Assembly: GCA_963663805.2 (NCBI GenBank) | Contig: CAXXMR010000013.1 | Location: forward strand, 256,001-320,000 | DNA: 64,000 bases | Direction: 5' to 3' | Origin: Sedimentisphaerales bacterium | GTDB taxonomy: Bacteria > Planctomycetota > Phycisphaerae > Sedimentisphaerales > SM23-30 | Shown here: positions 41,936-51,855 of the stretch, one piece after another | How the letters are laid out: each line of letters begins with the position of its first letter | Numbering within the stretch: position 1 is the stretch's first letter | Program-made: the position numbers and the translations under genes | Notes under the pieces: model-generated | What the model was told of the DNA's origin: nothing | Seen by the model: only the letters and a program-made list of their open reading frames with translations | Databases searched by the model: none

Positions 41936-44686
41936 ATGACTCCGGAACAGCAGGCACGAAAACTTATTGATGAGCAGTTGGTTGAGTCTGGCTGGGCTAT
42001 CCAGGATTACGGTCAATTGAATCTTGGAGCGTCTCTGGGGGTTGTGGTTCGGGAGTTTCCTTTGAAAAGGGGAGCGGTTGATTATCTGCTCTTTGTGGAT
42101 CGCAAAGCAGCTGGGGTCGTTGAGGCTAAGCCTGTTGGTTCCTCGTTGGGTGGGGTGGATTGGCAATCTGACAAGTATGTTAATGGGTTACCGGATACTT
42201 TGCCCTGCTACCATAATCCTTTACCATTTGTTTATGAGAGTACGGGGGTTGAAACCCTTTTTCGCAATCTTAAGGATCCTGATGCTCGAAGTCGGAGCGT
42301 ATTTACATTCTTGCGTCCAGAAACCATTCATGATCTGATTCGGCAAGATGATACTTTACGGACGAGGATGAGGAACCTTCCGGAATTAATTACGGCTGGT
42401 TTGAGGGATTGCCAGGTCGAAGCGATTTCAAGTCTTGAGCAGTCTTTTGCGGAAAACAGACCGAAATCTCTTATACAGATGGCGACGGGGGCTGGAAAGA
42501 GCTTTACGGCAGTAACGTTCATCTATCGACTAATCAAATTTGCCAAGGCAAAACGTATTCTGTTTCTGGTTGACCGTAATAATCTGGGGAGGCAGGCTCT
42601 CAAGGAATTTCAGCAGTTTGTTACTCCTGATGACGGCAGGAAGTTCACAGAGCTTTATGATGTTCAGCATCTGAAATCTAATACCATTGATCCGGTCAGT
42701 AAGGTTTGCATTACTACGATCCAACGTCTATACTCCATGCTGAGGGGGGAGGCAGAAATTGATCCTGAACTGGAAGAGCAATCAGGGTTTAAGGTACTGG
42801 GTTCAGAGATTGCTCAGGAGGTGGCTTATAATCCAGCTATTCCCATTGAAACTTTTGATTTTATTGTTACCGATGAATGCCACAGAAGCATTTACAATCA
42901 GTGGCGACAGGTTCTGGAATATTTTGATTCCTTTATCGTGGGTTTAACGGCAACTCCTTCAAAGCAGACGCTGGGTTTCTTCAATCAGAATCTGGTTACG
43001 GAATACAGCCATGAGCGTGCGGTGGCAGATGGTGTGAATGTTGGTTATGAGGTTTATCGCATAAAGACCGAGATAACCGAAAAAGGCAGTAAGGTTGAAG
43101 CGGGCAACTATATTGACAAGCGTGACAAGATGACCCGGCAGAAACGCTGGGAAGAGCTTGACGATGATTTAGAATATGCCAGTAATCAGCTTGATCGGGC
43201 AGTAGTTTCAGAAGACCAGATACGAACCGTTATCAAGACATTTCGGGATAAACTGTTTACCGAGATATTTCCCGGCAGAACGGATGTTCCCAAGACTCTG
43301 GTTTTTGCCAAGGATGATTCCCATGCTGAAGATATTCTGCATATCATTCGGGAGGAATTTGGCAAGGGTAATGAGTTCGCCAAGAAGATAACTTATCGAA
43401 CTACCGGAGAAAAGCCGGAAGACCTGATTTCCAGTTTTCGCAATTCCTATAATCCCCGTATTGCAGTTACGGTTGATATGATTTCGACAGGTACGGATAT
43501 CAGGCCTTTGGAATGTCTGCTGTTTATGCGGACTATTCGGAGTCGGGTTTATTTTGAGCAGATGAAGGGGAGGGGGACGAGGGTTATTGACCCTACCGAT
43601 CTTGAAGCGGTTACTCCTGACGCAAAGCATAAGACTCATTTTGTGATTATTGATGCGGTGGGAGTGTGTGAACAGGATAAGACTGATTCCCGTCCTCTGG
43701 AACGCAAGAAGAGTGTTTCTTTTGAGAAACTGCTCATTTCGGTAGCGATGGGTAATCGGGATGATGATACACTTACTTCTCTGGCGGGGAGGCTGGCTCG
43801 GCTGAATCAGGAAGTTTCTAAAGAGGATTCCGAGCAGATTCAAAAAGCAGCGGAAGGCAAATCTTTGCCACAATTAATTAACGCTATTTTTGACGCGGTT
43901 GACCCTGACAAGCACATTGAGCAGGCTCGACAAACAAATGGTACTCCGGAACCGACTGACGAACAGGTTGAGCAGGCGAAACAGGAACTTGTCGAAAAGG
44001 CGTGTTTACCGTTTGATAATCCTGATCTGCGTAATATTTTGGCGGATATAAAAAAGAAAAATGAGCAGTATATTGACAAACTCAGCCAGGATAAGGTTAT
44101 TTCGGCGGAGTTCGATGAGCAGGCTAAGGAAAAGGCCAAGGGGATAATTGACAGTTTCAAGCAGTTTATTGAGGATAACAAGGATGAGATTATGGCTTTG
44201 CAGATTCTTTATAATATTCCCTATAGCAAACGCCATGTGACTTATGAGCAGATAGAAGAGGTGGTCAATGCGATTCAAAGACCACCTTACGGTTTGAGTA
44301 CTGATGAGGTATGGAAAGCGTACCAGCAGCTTGAAAAATCAAAGGTTAAAAGAGTTTCGGCTGCTAAAATGCTGACGGATACTATTTCTTTGCTTCGCTT
44401 TGCGATTGGGCAGGCAGATGTGCTGGAGCCGTGGTCGGATGTGGAACAGCAGCGATTTGAGGAATGGCTGGAAGAGCAGAAGGAACTGGGCAGGGAATTC
44501 ACGCCGGAACAGATGGACTGGTTATTGATGATAAAAGACCATATAACCACCAGCCTGGAAATTGAAGTTGATGACCTGCAATATGCCCCATTCTATGAAA
44601 AAGGCGGAGCAATGAAGGCTTATGATGTCTTTGGGGATGAACTGAATAAGATACTTGATGAACTTAATGAGGTTCTGGCAGCATGA
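41936..44686 (+). CDS. hsdR: Type I restriction enzyme subunit R (EcoAI/EcoEI-like)
   Basis: VDYLLF..VEAK nuclease motif, MATGAGKS Walker A, DECHRS, GLTATP, QMKGRGTR. Confidence 0.93.
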   Translation: MTPEQQARKLIDEQLVESGWAIQDYGQLNLGASLGVVVREFPLKRGAVDYLLFVDRKAAGVVEAKPVGSSLGGVDWQSDKYVNGLPDTLPCYHNPLPFVYESTGVETLFRNLKDPDARSRSVFTFLRPETIHDLIRQDDTLRTRMRNLPELITAGLRDCQVEAISSLEQSFAENRPKSLIQMATGAGKSFTAVTFIYRLIKFAKAKRILFLVDRNNLGRQALKEFQQFVTPDDGRKFTELYDVQHLKSNTIDPVSKVCITTIQRLYSMLRGEAEIDPELEEQSGFKVLGSEIAQEVAYNPAIPIETFDFIVTDECHRSIYNQWRQVLEYFDSFIVGLTATPSKQTLGFFNQNLVTEYSHERAVADGVNVGYEVYRIKTEITEKGSKVEAGNYIDKRDKMTRQKRWEELDDDLEYASNQLDRAVVSEDQIRTVIKTFRDKLFTEIFPGRTDVPKTLVFAKDDSHAEDILHIIREEFGKGNEFAKKITYRTTGEKPEDLISSFRNSYNPRIAVTVDMISTGTDIRPLECLLFMRTIRSRVYFEQMKGRGTRVIDPTDLEAVTPDAKHKTHFVIIDAVGVCEQDKTDSRPLERKKSVSFEKLLISVAMGNRDDDTLTSLAGRLARLNQEVSKEDSEQIQKAAEGKSLPQLINAIFDAVDPDKHIEQARQTNGTPEPTDEQVEQAKQELVEKACLPFDNPDLRNILADIKKKNEQYIDKLSQDKVISAEFDEQAKEKAKGIIDSFKQFIEDNKDEIMALQILYNIPYSKRHVTYEQIEEVVNAIQRPPYGLSTDEVWKAYQQLEKSKVKRVSAAKMLTDTISLLRFAIGQADVLEPWSDVEQQRFEEWLEEQKELGREFTPEQMDWLLMIKDHITTSLEIEVDDLQYAPFYEKGGAMKAYDVFGDELNKILDELNEVLAA

Positions 44687-46158
44687 CGGACAATAAAGAT
44701 TTACCAAAGGGGTGGGTTCGCAGAGATCTGTGCGATTTATTAACAATAATTCGTGGAGTTTCGTTCCCAAAGGATGCCAAGAGTTCTATAGCGAAACCAA
44801 AGCATGTAGCGTGCTTAAGAACTGCGAACGTGCAACAGACAGTTGAATGGGACGACTTGTGGTTTGTTCATGAGAAATATGTAAGACGTAATGAGCAGTT
44901 TGTACAGATCGGAGACATCTTAATCTCTACAGCGAATAGTTTGTATTTGGTAGGAAAAGTTTCTCAAGTAACTACGATGCCCTACAAAACAACCTTGGGG
45001 GCATTCATTTCGTTATTACGAGCCCCAAAAGAGTTATGCCAGTCTTTTTTCTACTATGTCTTAAGTTCTACAGAAATACAATCGTCAATTAGAGAATGTG
45101 CCTCAACTACTACGAATATTTCAAATGTATCGACTAGAAAACTGGCTAAAATACAGCTTCCTCTTCCCCCTCTTCCCGAACAGCATCGCATTGTCTCAAA
45201 GATTGAGGAGTTATTTAGTGATTTGGATGCCGGGGTTTCGGCTTTGGAGGTGGTTCGGCAGGAGATTAAGCGTTATCGGCAGGCGGTTTTGAAACATGCG
45301 TTCGAGGGCAAGCTGACCGCTAAATGGCGGGAAGAAAATAAAGACAAACTTGAGCCTGCCAGCAAATTACTTGAACGAATTGCCAAAGAACGAGAAAAAC
45401 AAGCCAAAGGTAAAAAACAAAAGAAACTGCCTCCGTTGGATTCGACAAATCTGCCTAAATTGCCAGAGGGCTGGGAGTGGTCACGTGTCGTTGAGATCGG
45501 TGCGTTAGGCGAACAAACAGTGTTGACTGGTCCCTTTGGTTCGACTCTTGGCAAGTCAGACTTTATTTCTGCTGGGGTACCATTATTAACAATTGGATGC
45601 TTAACAGAGCAGGGCGTAAAGTTAGATAAGGCTTTTTACATATCAACTAATAAAGCGGAAGAGTTGAAGCGTTACAAATTGTCTGAGGGCGACTTATTGT
45701 TTTCGAGGTCGGCATCCGTTGGTAGAGTTGGTTATGCCACACAGGAACTCGAAGGTAGCCTGATAAATTATCATCTAATGAGGCTTCGTTTAGATGCAAA
45801 AACAATTAGTCCCCAAATGTTTATTTATTATGTTCGTGGAGCAAAAACTGTCAATGATTATCTTAGGTATGTAAATCACGGAGCAACGCGAGATGGAATA
45901 AATACTGCCAATTTACTATCAATGCCTGTTGCTATTCCATCATTCAAAGAGCAGAAACAGATCGTCTCAGAGATCGAACAGCGTTTCAGTATAGCCGATC
46001 AGGCTGAGAAGATTGTTGAGCAGACATTAAAACAGTCGCAGCGTTTACGACAAAGCATCTTAAAAAGAGCATTTGAAGGCAAACTAGTACCACAAGACCC
46101 AAACGATGAACCGGCAGAGAAAATGCTGGAGAGAATCAAGAGGAAGGCAGGAAAATGA
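44683..46158 (+). CDS. hsdS: Type I restriction-modification specificity subunit S
   Basis: Two TRDs with LPKGW/LPEGW starts, PLPPLPEQHRIV and EQKQIV conserved regions, AFEGKL repeats. Confidence 0.93.
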   Translation: MTDNKDLPKGWVRRDLCDLLTIIRGVSFPKDAKSSIAKPKHVACLRTANVQQTVEWDDLWFVHEKYVRRNEQFVQIGDILISTANSLYLVGKVSQVTTMPYKTTLGAFISLLRAPKELCQSFFYYVLSSTEIQSSIRECASTTTNISNVSTRKLAKIQLPLPPLPEQHRIVSKIEELFSDLDAGVSALEVVRQEIKRYRQAVLKHAFEGKLTAKWREENKDKLEPASKLLERIAKEREKQAKGKKQKKLPPLDSTNLPKLPEGWEWSRVVEIGALGEQTVLTGPFGSTLGKSDFISAGVPLLTIGCLTEQGVKLDKAFYISTNKAEELKRYKLSEGDLLFSRSASVGRVGYATQELEGSLINYHLMRLRLDAKTISPQMFIYYVRGAKTVNDYLRYVNHGATRDGINTANLLSMPVAIPSFKEQKQIVSEIEQRFSIADQAEKIVEQTLKQSQRLRQSILKRAFEGKLVPQDPNDEPAEKMLERIKRKAGK

Positions 46159-46159
46159 T

Positions 46160-48768
46160 ATGCCTAATACTGATATAATCTTTGGGGATTTGATTAGATG
46201 GTCTGGTGAAAACCTTTGTCTATGGCAGCAAGATGCGTTGAGAAGATTGGTTGAAAAGCCAGAACTAGATGATAATGATTTAGAAGAAATATTAAAAATA
46301 TGCAAAACTGATAATAATATTGCTGTTGAAGGTGAATCTACACAAGCACAGATTCTTCAAGGACTTTCTCAAGACGATTTAACTACCTCTAAAAAGGTTG
46401 TTCTAAAAAAACTATCTGATGTTAATAATGTGAACGCTTTAGCTAGTAATCAGACTTTGATCTTTCAAAAAGAAGGAGTAACAATTGTATATGGCGGGAA
46501 TGGTACCGGCAAGTCTGGTTATGCGAGAATTTTAAAAAAGCATGTCGAGCAAGAGCAGATTCTGAAATATTGCAGAATGTGTATGAAGATAGCCAGGATC
46601 CTCCATCAGCAAAGATTGAGTACCTGGTAAACGAGATGAGAGCCGAGCATGACTGGCAATTAGATACTCCTACACTCCCCGAATTGAATCATATTAGTAT
46701 ATTTGATTCGTCCTGTGCTACCATCCATGTTGACAAGCCAAATGATGTGGCATATACCCCAATGACTTTGGATATTTTGGCAAAACTGGCTCAAGCTAGT
46801 AGAGATATTAAAAATAAATTAGAGAGTGAAGTTGCAGTTCACCGAAAATGTACTCCTGAATTTATTACTAATAACAAAAGTAGGGATTACACAGCTACAG
46901 GAGCTTTTCTGCGAAATCTAAGCCATCACACCAATTTAAGTGATGTTGATAGTTTAACAGATATATCCGAGGCAGAAAATTGCAGGTATAGAGAAATTCT
47001 TAATTTACTGCATAATGACCCTCTGGTCCAAATAGAAAAATCAACCATCATTACGAACAAAATAAATGAGATAGTACAGTATGTTGAGAGTTCATATGGC
47101 CAATTTAAACAAGATTCCATATTGGCCCTAAAAAGTCTATATGAAGATGTAGCTAAAAAAGAGAAGATTTCAAGTGTTGCAGCTGAGGCACTTTTTAAGG
47201 GAGAACCTTTATCTGGCATTGGAAGTGAAGTGTGGCGGGAACTATGGGAGTCTGCCAGAAAATATTCAAATATTGTTTACAAAGACCTTGGTTTTCCTTA
47301 TACGGGTAAAGATTCTAGATGTGTACTATGTCAGCAAGAATTGTCCGCAGAATCTTCCGTTCGCCTCATAAAATTTGAAGACTTTGTCAAGAAAGATGCC
47401 CAGAGGCAAGCTGTGTTATCTAAACAAAATCTTGCCCAAGAATTAGTTAATATTAAGCAATATGCAATTACTCGAAAGAAAATACATGATTATTATAAGT
47501 TCATTAAGGTTGATTTAAAAAACACTGAACTTGCCAAAATAACAAGGAAATATCTCATTCGAGTATTTGTTATATTAAGAAATATCAATAAAGCGAATAC
47601 GTCAGAAGACATTAATGAATATAGATTAGACTTTTCTTTTATAAAAGACTTTAATGATATTTTAGATGATATTAAGATTCATATAGACACCCTAAAAAGC
47701 TCTTTGGATCCAGAAGGAAGAAAAACACTTGAAATAGAATTAGCGGCAATAGAGGATAGGATATGGCTAGGTGAACACAAGATTCCTTTGTTGGAGGAAA
47801 TTAAGAAGCTGAAATTAATAAATAATTATAACCTGTCTATAAATGAGACCGACACAAGAAATATTACCATAAAAAGCACTGAGATTGCAAATGTATTGAT
47901 TACAAATACTTTGAGGGACCGATTTACACAAGAATTAAATGAATTGGGGATAAATCATTTACGGGCCGAGCTTGTTCAACAGCGTTCGAATTATGGTATT
48001 CCAAAGTTCAAAGTTCAGTTAGTCAGAAATCCATCAGCACCTATTCGGAAAGTTTTAAGTGAAGGTGAATATAGAAGTATTGCTATAGCTGCGTTTTTAG
48101 CAGAGCTTTCAACCGCAGACCACAAATCTGGAATGGTATTTGATGACCCTGTATGCTCTCTCGACCATGACTACAGGCATAGAATTGCAAAGAGACTTGT
48201 TAAAGAAGCTACGCAAAGGCAGGTTATTATTTTTACTCACGACATTTCTTTTGTTTTTATGCTGCAGACTTCTACTAAAAAAGATAATGTTTCTATTTCT
48301 TACCAAGCAGTCGAGAACTCTTCGACCCATAGTGGGATATGCCAATCTAATCCACCATTTAACATATTACCAGTTTGTGATGCCCTGCATCAATTAGAAG
48401 TATATTTAAATCAAGTTAAAGTTCTTTATGAAAACGGAAGTCTCGATGAATGGGGGTATAATTTAGATTCCTTAGCAATTCGAATAAGAAAATGTTGGGA
48501 ATTAGCAATTGAAAAATTACTATCGCCAGTTTTTACTCGTTTTAGTTATAAGGTCGACACACGAGGCTTATTAAAAATGTCTGTTTTTACTGATGATGAT
48601 AGTAAGGTAATGAGGGAAAGCTATGGAAAGATATCTCAATGGGAACACTCTGAAGCTTCAACGATAGGAAGCCCATTACCTTCACCATCAGATGTTCAGC
48701 AAGAAATCACTGTATTAAGAAGCTGGTATAACGACATTGAAACTCGCCAGAGAACAAAAAAACAATAA
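46160..48768 (+). CDS. RloC-like SMC/ABC-type ATPase, split by a -1 frameshift at 46534-46540
   Basis: Walker A YGGNGTGKSG, CVLC zinc-hook-like motif, LSEGE signature, VFDDPVCSLD Walker B/D-loop, IFTHD; a -1 shift joins the two ORFs as ILKKACRAR. Confidence 0.7.
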
Positions 48769-48782
48769 TTAGGATTTAAATA

Positions 48783-50243
48783 ATGACAGACAATCCCCAA
48801 CAAATAGTACAGCGTCTTTGGAATTATTGTAATGTTCTTCGTGATGACGGAGTAAGTTATGGCGATTATGTTGAGCAGTTGACCTATCTGCTGTTTTTGA
48901 AGATGGCGGATGAACAGACAAAACCTCCTTTTAAGCAGAAATCGATTATTCCGAGTGGGTATGACTGGGGCAGCCTGGTTAGTAAGGATGGGGATGATCT
49001 GGAGATTCATTACCGGCATATTCTGGAGACGCTGGCTAAGGAAAAAGGTATGCTGGGGGTGATCTTTCGCAAGAGTCAGAACAAGATTCAGGATCCGGCT
49101 AAGCTTAATCGGCTTATCAGCCTTATCGATGAAGAATCGTGGATGGGGCTAAGTGCTGATGTTAAGGGTGATATATATGAAGGGCTGCTGGAGAAGAACG
49201 CTCAGGATGTCAAAGGCGGTGCGGGCCAGTATTTTACGCCTAGAGCGTTGATTCGGGCTATGGTTGAGGTTATGAAGCCTGAGCCGGGGATGACGATTTG
49301 TGATCCGGCGTGCGGGACGGGTGGCTTTTTTCTGGCTTCGCATAGTTATATGTCGGACGGGAAACAGTTCAAACTGGACAAAAAGCAGAAGAAGCATCTG
49401 AAGCTGGAGACATTCAAGGGGTGGGAGATTGTCGATAGTACGGCCCGGCTATGCGTGATGAACCTTTTCTTGCATGGGGTGGGTGGAGAAGATAGTCCGG
49501 TTAAGGTGGGAGACAGTCTGGTGGCGGATCCGGGGGAGAGGTTTGATCTGGTGCTGACTAATCCGCCGTTCGGCAAGAAGAGCAGTATTACGATTGCTAA
49601 TGGCGAAGGTAAGACCAGCAAGGATTCCATTACTTATGAGCGGGAAGACTTCTGGGCGACAACCTCAAATAAGCAGCTTAACTTTTTGCAGCATATCAAG
49701 AGCCTGCTGAAGATAAACGGCAGAGCAGCGGTGGTGCTGCCGGATAATGTGCTTTTTGAAGGGGGGGCTGGTGAGACTATACGGCGGAAACTGCTGGAGA
49801 CGTGTGATGTTCATACGCTGTTGCGACTGCCGACAGGGGTGTTTTATGCTCAGGGGGTCAAGGCAAACGTGCTGTTCTTTGACCGTAAGCCTGCCAGTGA
49901 GAAGGCCTGGACGGAAAAACTGTGGATATATGACTTGCGAACCAATATGCATTTTACGCTGAAGACCAATCCTCTGAAGCTGGATGATTTGCAGGATTTT
50001 ATAAAATGCTTTAAGGCAGATAAAAGACGTTCGAGAAAAGAGAACGAACGGTTCAAAGCGTTTGGGTATGAAGAACTCATGCAGAGGGACAAGGCGAGTC
50101 TGGATATTTTCTGGCTGAAGGATGAAAGCCTTGAGGATTCAGAGAATCTGCCTGATCCGGATGTGATTGCGGATAATATAGTGGAGAATCTTGGGGCGGC
50201 GTTAGGGTTGTTTGGGAGTATATCGGAGGAATTGGGGGAATGA
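48783..50243 (+). CDS. hsdM: Type I restriction-modification N6-adenine methyltransferase subunit M
   Basis: YVEQLTYLLFLKM, GQYFTPR, DPACGTGGF, LTNPPFG, LRLPTGVFY. Confidence 0.95.
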   Translation: MTDNPQQIVQRLWNYCNVLRDDGVSYGDYVEQLTYLLFLKMADEQTKPPFKQKSIIPSGYDWGSLVSKDGDDLEIHYRHILETLAKEKGMLGVIFRKSQNKIQDPAKLNRLISLIDEESWMGLSADVKGDIYEGLLEKNAQDVKGGAGQYFTPRALIRAMVEVMKPEPGMTICDPACGTGGFFLASHSYMSDGKQFKLDKKQKKHLKLETFKGWEIVDSTARLCVMNLFLHGVGGEDSPVKVGDSLVADPGERFDLVLTNPPFGKKSSITIANGEGKTSKDSITYEREDFWATTSNKQLNFLQHIKSLLKINGRAAVVLPDNVLFEGGAGETIRRKLLETCDVHTLLRLPTGVFYAQGVKANVLFFDRKPASEKAWTEKLWIYDLRTNMHFTLKTNPLKLDDLQDFIKCFKADKRRSRKENERFKAFGYEELMQRDKASLDIFWLKDESLEDSENLPDPDVIADNIVENLGAALGLFGSISEELGE

Positions 50244-50463
50244 GTCTATTATAAAATCAAACGAAAACAGAGAGATTATCGGGAAAACTAAAAGTGTTCG
50301 TGAAGCAGTTCTTCGAACACATAATCGAAAGAGAGATATTTTGCTAGTTCATGTTAAATGTGCTAAAACCATTGCCTTCAAAAAAACTGGATTATTATTT
50401 TTTTCAAGAACCTCAGTGTTTTTCTGAAGTGCAACACAACATAAAGAATGGAAATATATGTGA

Positions 50464-51855
50464 ATGAAAAAACATTTAACGCTATTCATTAGTTACTGTC
50501 ACGAGTCGGCATCCCATCAGAATAAGATTCTTGGGCTAGCTAATAGACTTGTTTCAGATGGTATAGATGTAATTCTTGACCAATATGTATTTAATCCCGC
50601 TGAGGGTTGGCAGTTATGGATGGATCGTGGTGTCCGTGACGCTGATTATGTTGCGATGATCTGTACAGAAACTTATTATAGAAGAGTAATGGGTGATGAA
50701 GATGTTTTGATTGGTCAAGGCGTAAAGTGGGAAGGGAAATTGATCTATCAACACATCTACAATAACGACAGTTTGAATGAAAAGTTTCTACCTTGTTTGC
50801 TAGATGGTGGGCAAGTAAGCTATATTCCTACACCACTTCAATCCTGTACAAGATATTTGATTGAAACTGAAGATGGATATGAAGATTTCTATAGATATAT
50901 TACTGATCAGCCTAGAATCCAAAAACCAACCCTCGGCAAGTTAAGGCAATTACCTGCTAAAAGCCGGCAGAGTGATTTTATGGCTCCTTTGTGTAAGAAG
51001 GAGGTCTTGGTATCCAATCTGCTGGAAGTCGAAGGATTTTTCAAAAAACTCTATATCGCCGAAACAGAATATCGCAGAGGGACGATTGAAGACCTTTGGA
51101 AAAAATTAGATTTACTTGGTATTAGTCATGAATCTGGGTGGTTGCTAAAGGAAAAACGAATTGTCAGTATTTATGATTTGAGAGAGATGCCCTGGCGAGA
51201 GATCTGTGATGTTGGGACAGTTGAGGAGTTTGAGAGCGATGAATGGGCTTTGTCAGATGACCTTGATAAACAAAAAGAATTCGTGTGGATGCTTAATAAC
51301 TGTCTTGCGGATAAATTAAGAAGTTTAGGATTACGCTTTAATAAAAAATTTAGAGTCTATTACTTTTTGCCTACTAGTAAGGGGTGCCTGAAAGAAAGAA
51401 AAATACGCTCAGGATCTACTACTGAAACATATAAGACAGTGTTTAAAGCATATAACTCAAACAAAACTCCGCATAAGTTGATGTTTTGTCGGCATTCAGC
51501 CTTTAGCGGCTATTTTCAAAGATATGAAAGAAAATGGTATCTTGAGATAACTCCTACTTACTACTTTACAAGGGATGGTACAACTCCTGACCTTTTTTAC
51601 GAGGAAAAACTGAGCAAACTAAAGCGTCTTGAAAATTCAGATACCGTACGAAGGTGGATAATGTCATACGCTCGCTTGCTTTGCGGCGAAGATGGTTTGC
51701 TTGAGGCACCTTATCAACATCTACAATTTGGAAAATTGAAAGAATTTCAGATACCATACGGTATCGATGATGAGCAGTGGTTACCCAGCAAGAAAGTTAC
51801 TGAAAATGATGTAATGCAAGAAGAAATGGAATTGTTTTTCAATCATGAATATTGA
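50464..51855 (+). CDS. SEFIR/TIR-APAZ effector partner of a short Argonaute
   Basis: N-terminal FISYCHES..LANRL..GIDVILDQY..GW..WM..ICT..GVKWE (SEFIR-type TIR fold); C-terminal LVSNLL, RHSAF, WYLEITPTYYFTRDG, KRLENS resembling APAZ; overlaps the pAgo start by 11 nt. Confidence 0.78.
   Translation: MKKHLTLFISYCHESASHQNKILGLANRLVSDGIDVILDQYVFNPAEGWQLWMDRGVRDADYVAMICTETYYRRVMGDEDVLIGQGVKWEGKLIYQHIYNNDSLNEKFLPCLLDGGQVSYIPTPLQSCTRYLIETEDGYEDFYRYITDQPRIQKPTLGKLRQLPAKSRQSDFMAPLCKKEVLVSNLLEVEGFFKKLYIAETEYRRGTIEDLWKKLDLLGISHESGWLLKEKRIVSIYDLREMPWREICDVGTVEEFESDEWALSDDLDKQKEFVWMLNNCLADKLRSLGLRFNKKFRVYYFLPTSKGCLKERKIRSGSTTETYKTVFKAYNSNKTPHKLMFCRHSAFSGYFQRYERKWYLEITPTYYFTRDGTTPDLFYEEKLSKLKRLENSDTVRRWIMSYARLLCGEDGLLEAPYQHLQFGKLKEFQIPYGIDDEQWLPSKKVTENDVMQEEMELFFNHEY

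Noticed and set aside
50212..50427. 71-aa ORF between hsdM and the SEFIR-APAZ gene
   Set aside because: Overlaps hsdM, has no clear RBS and no recognisable motifs
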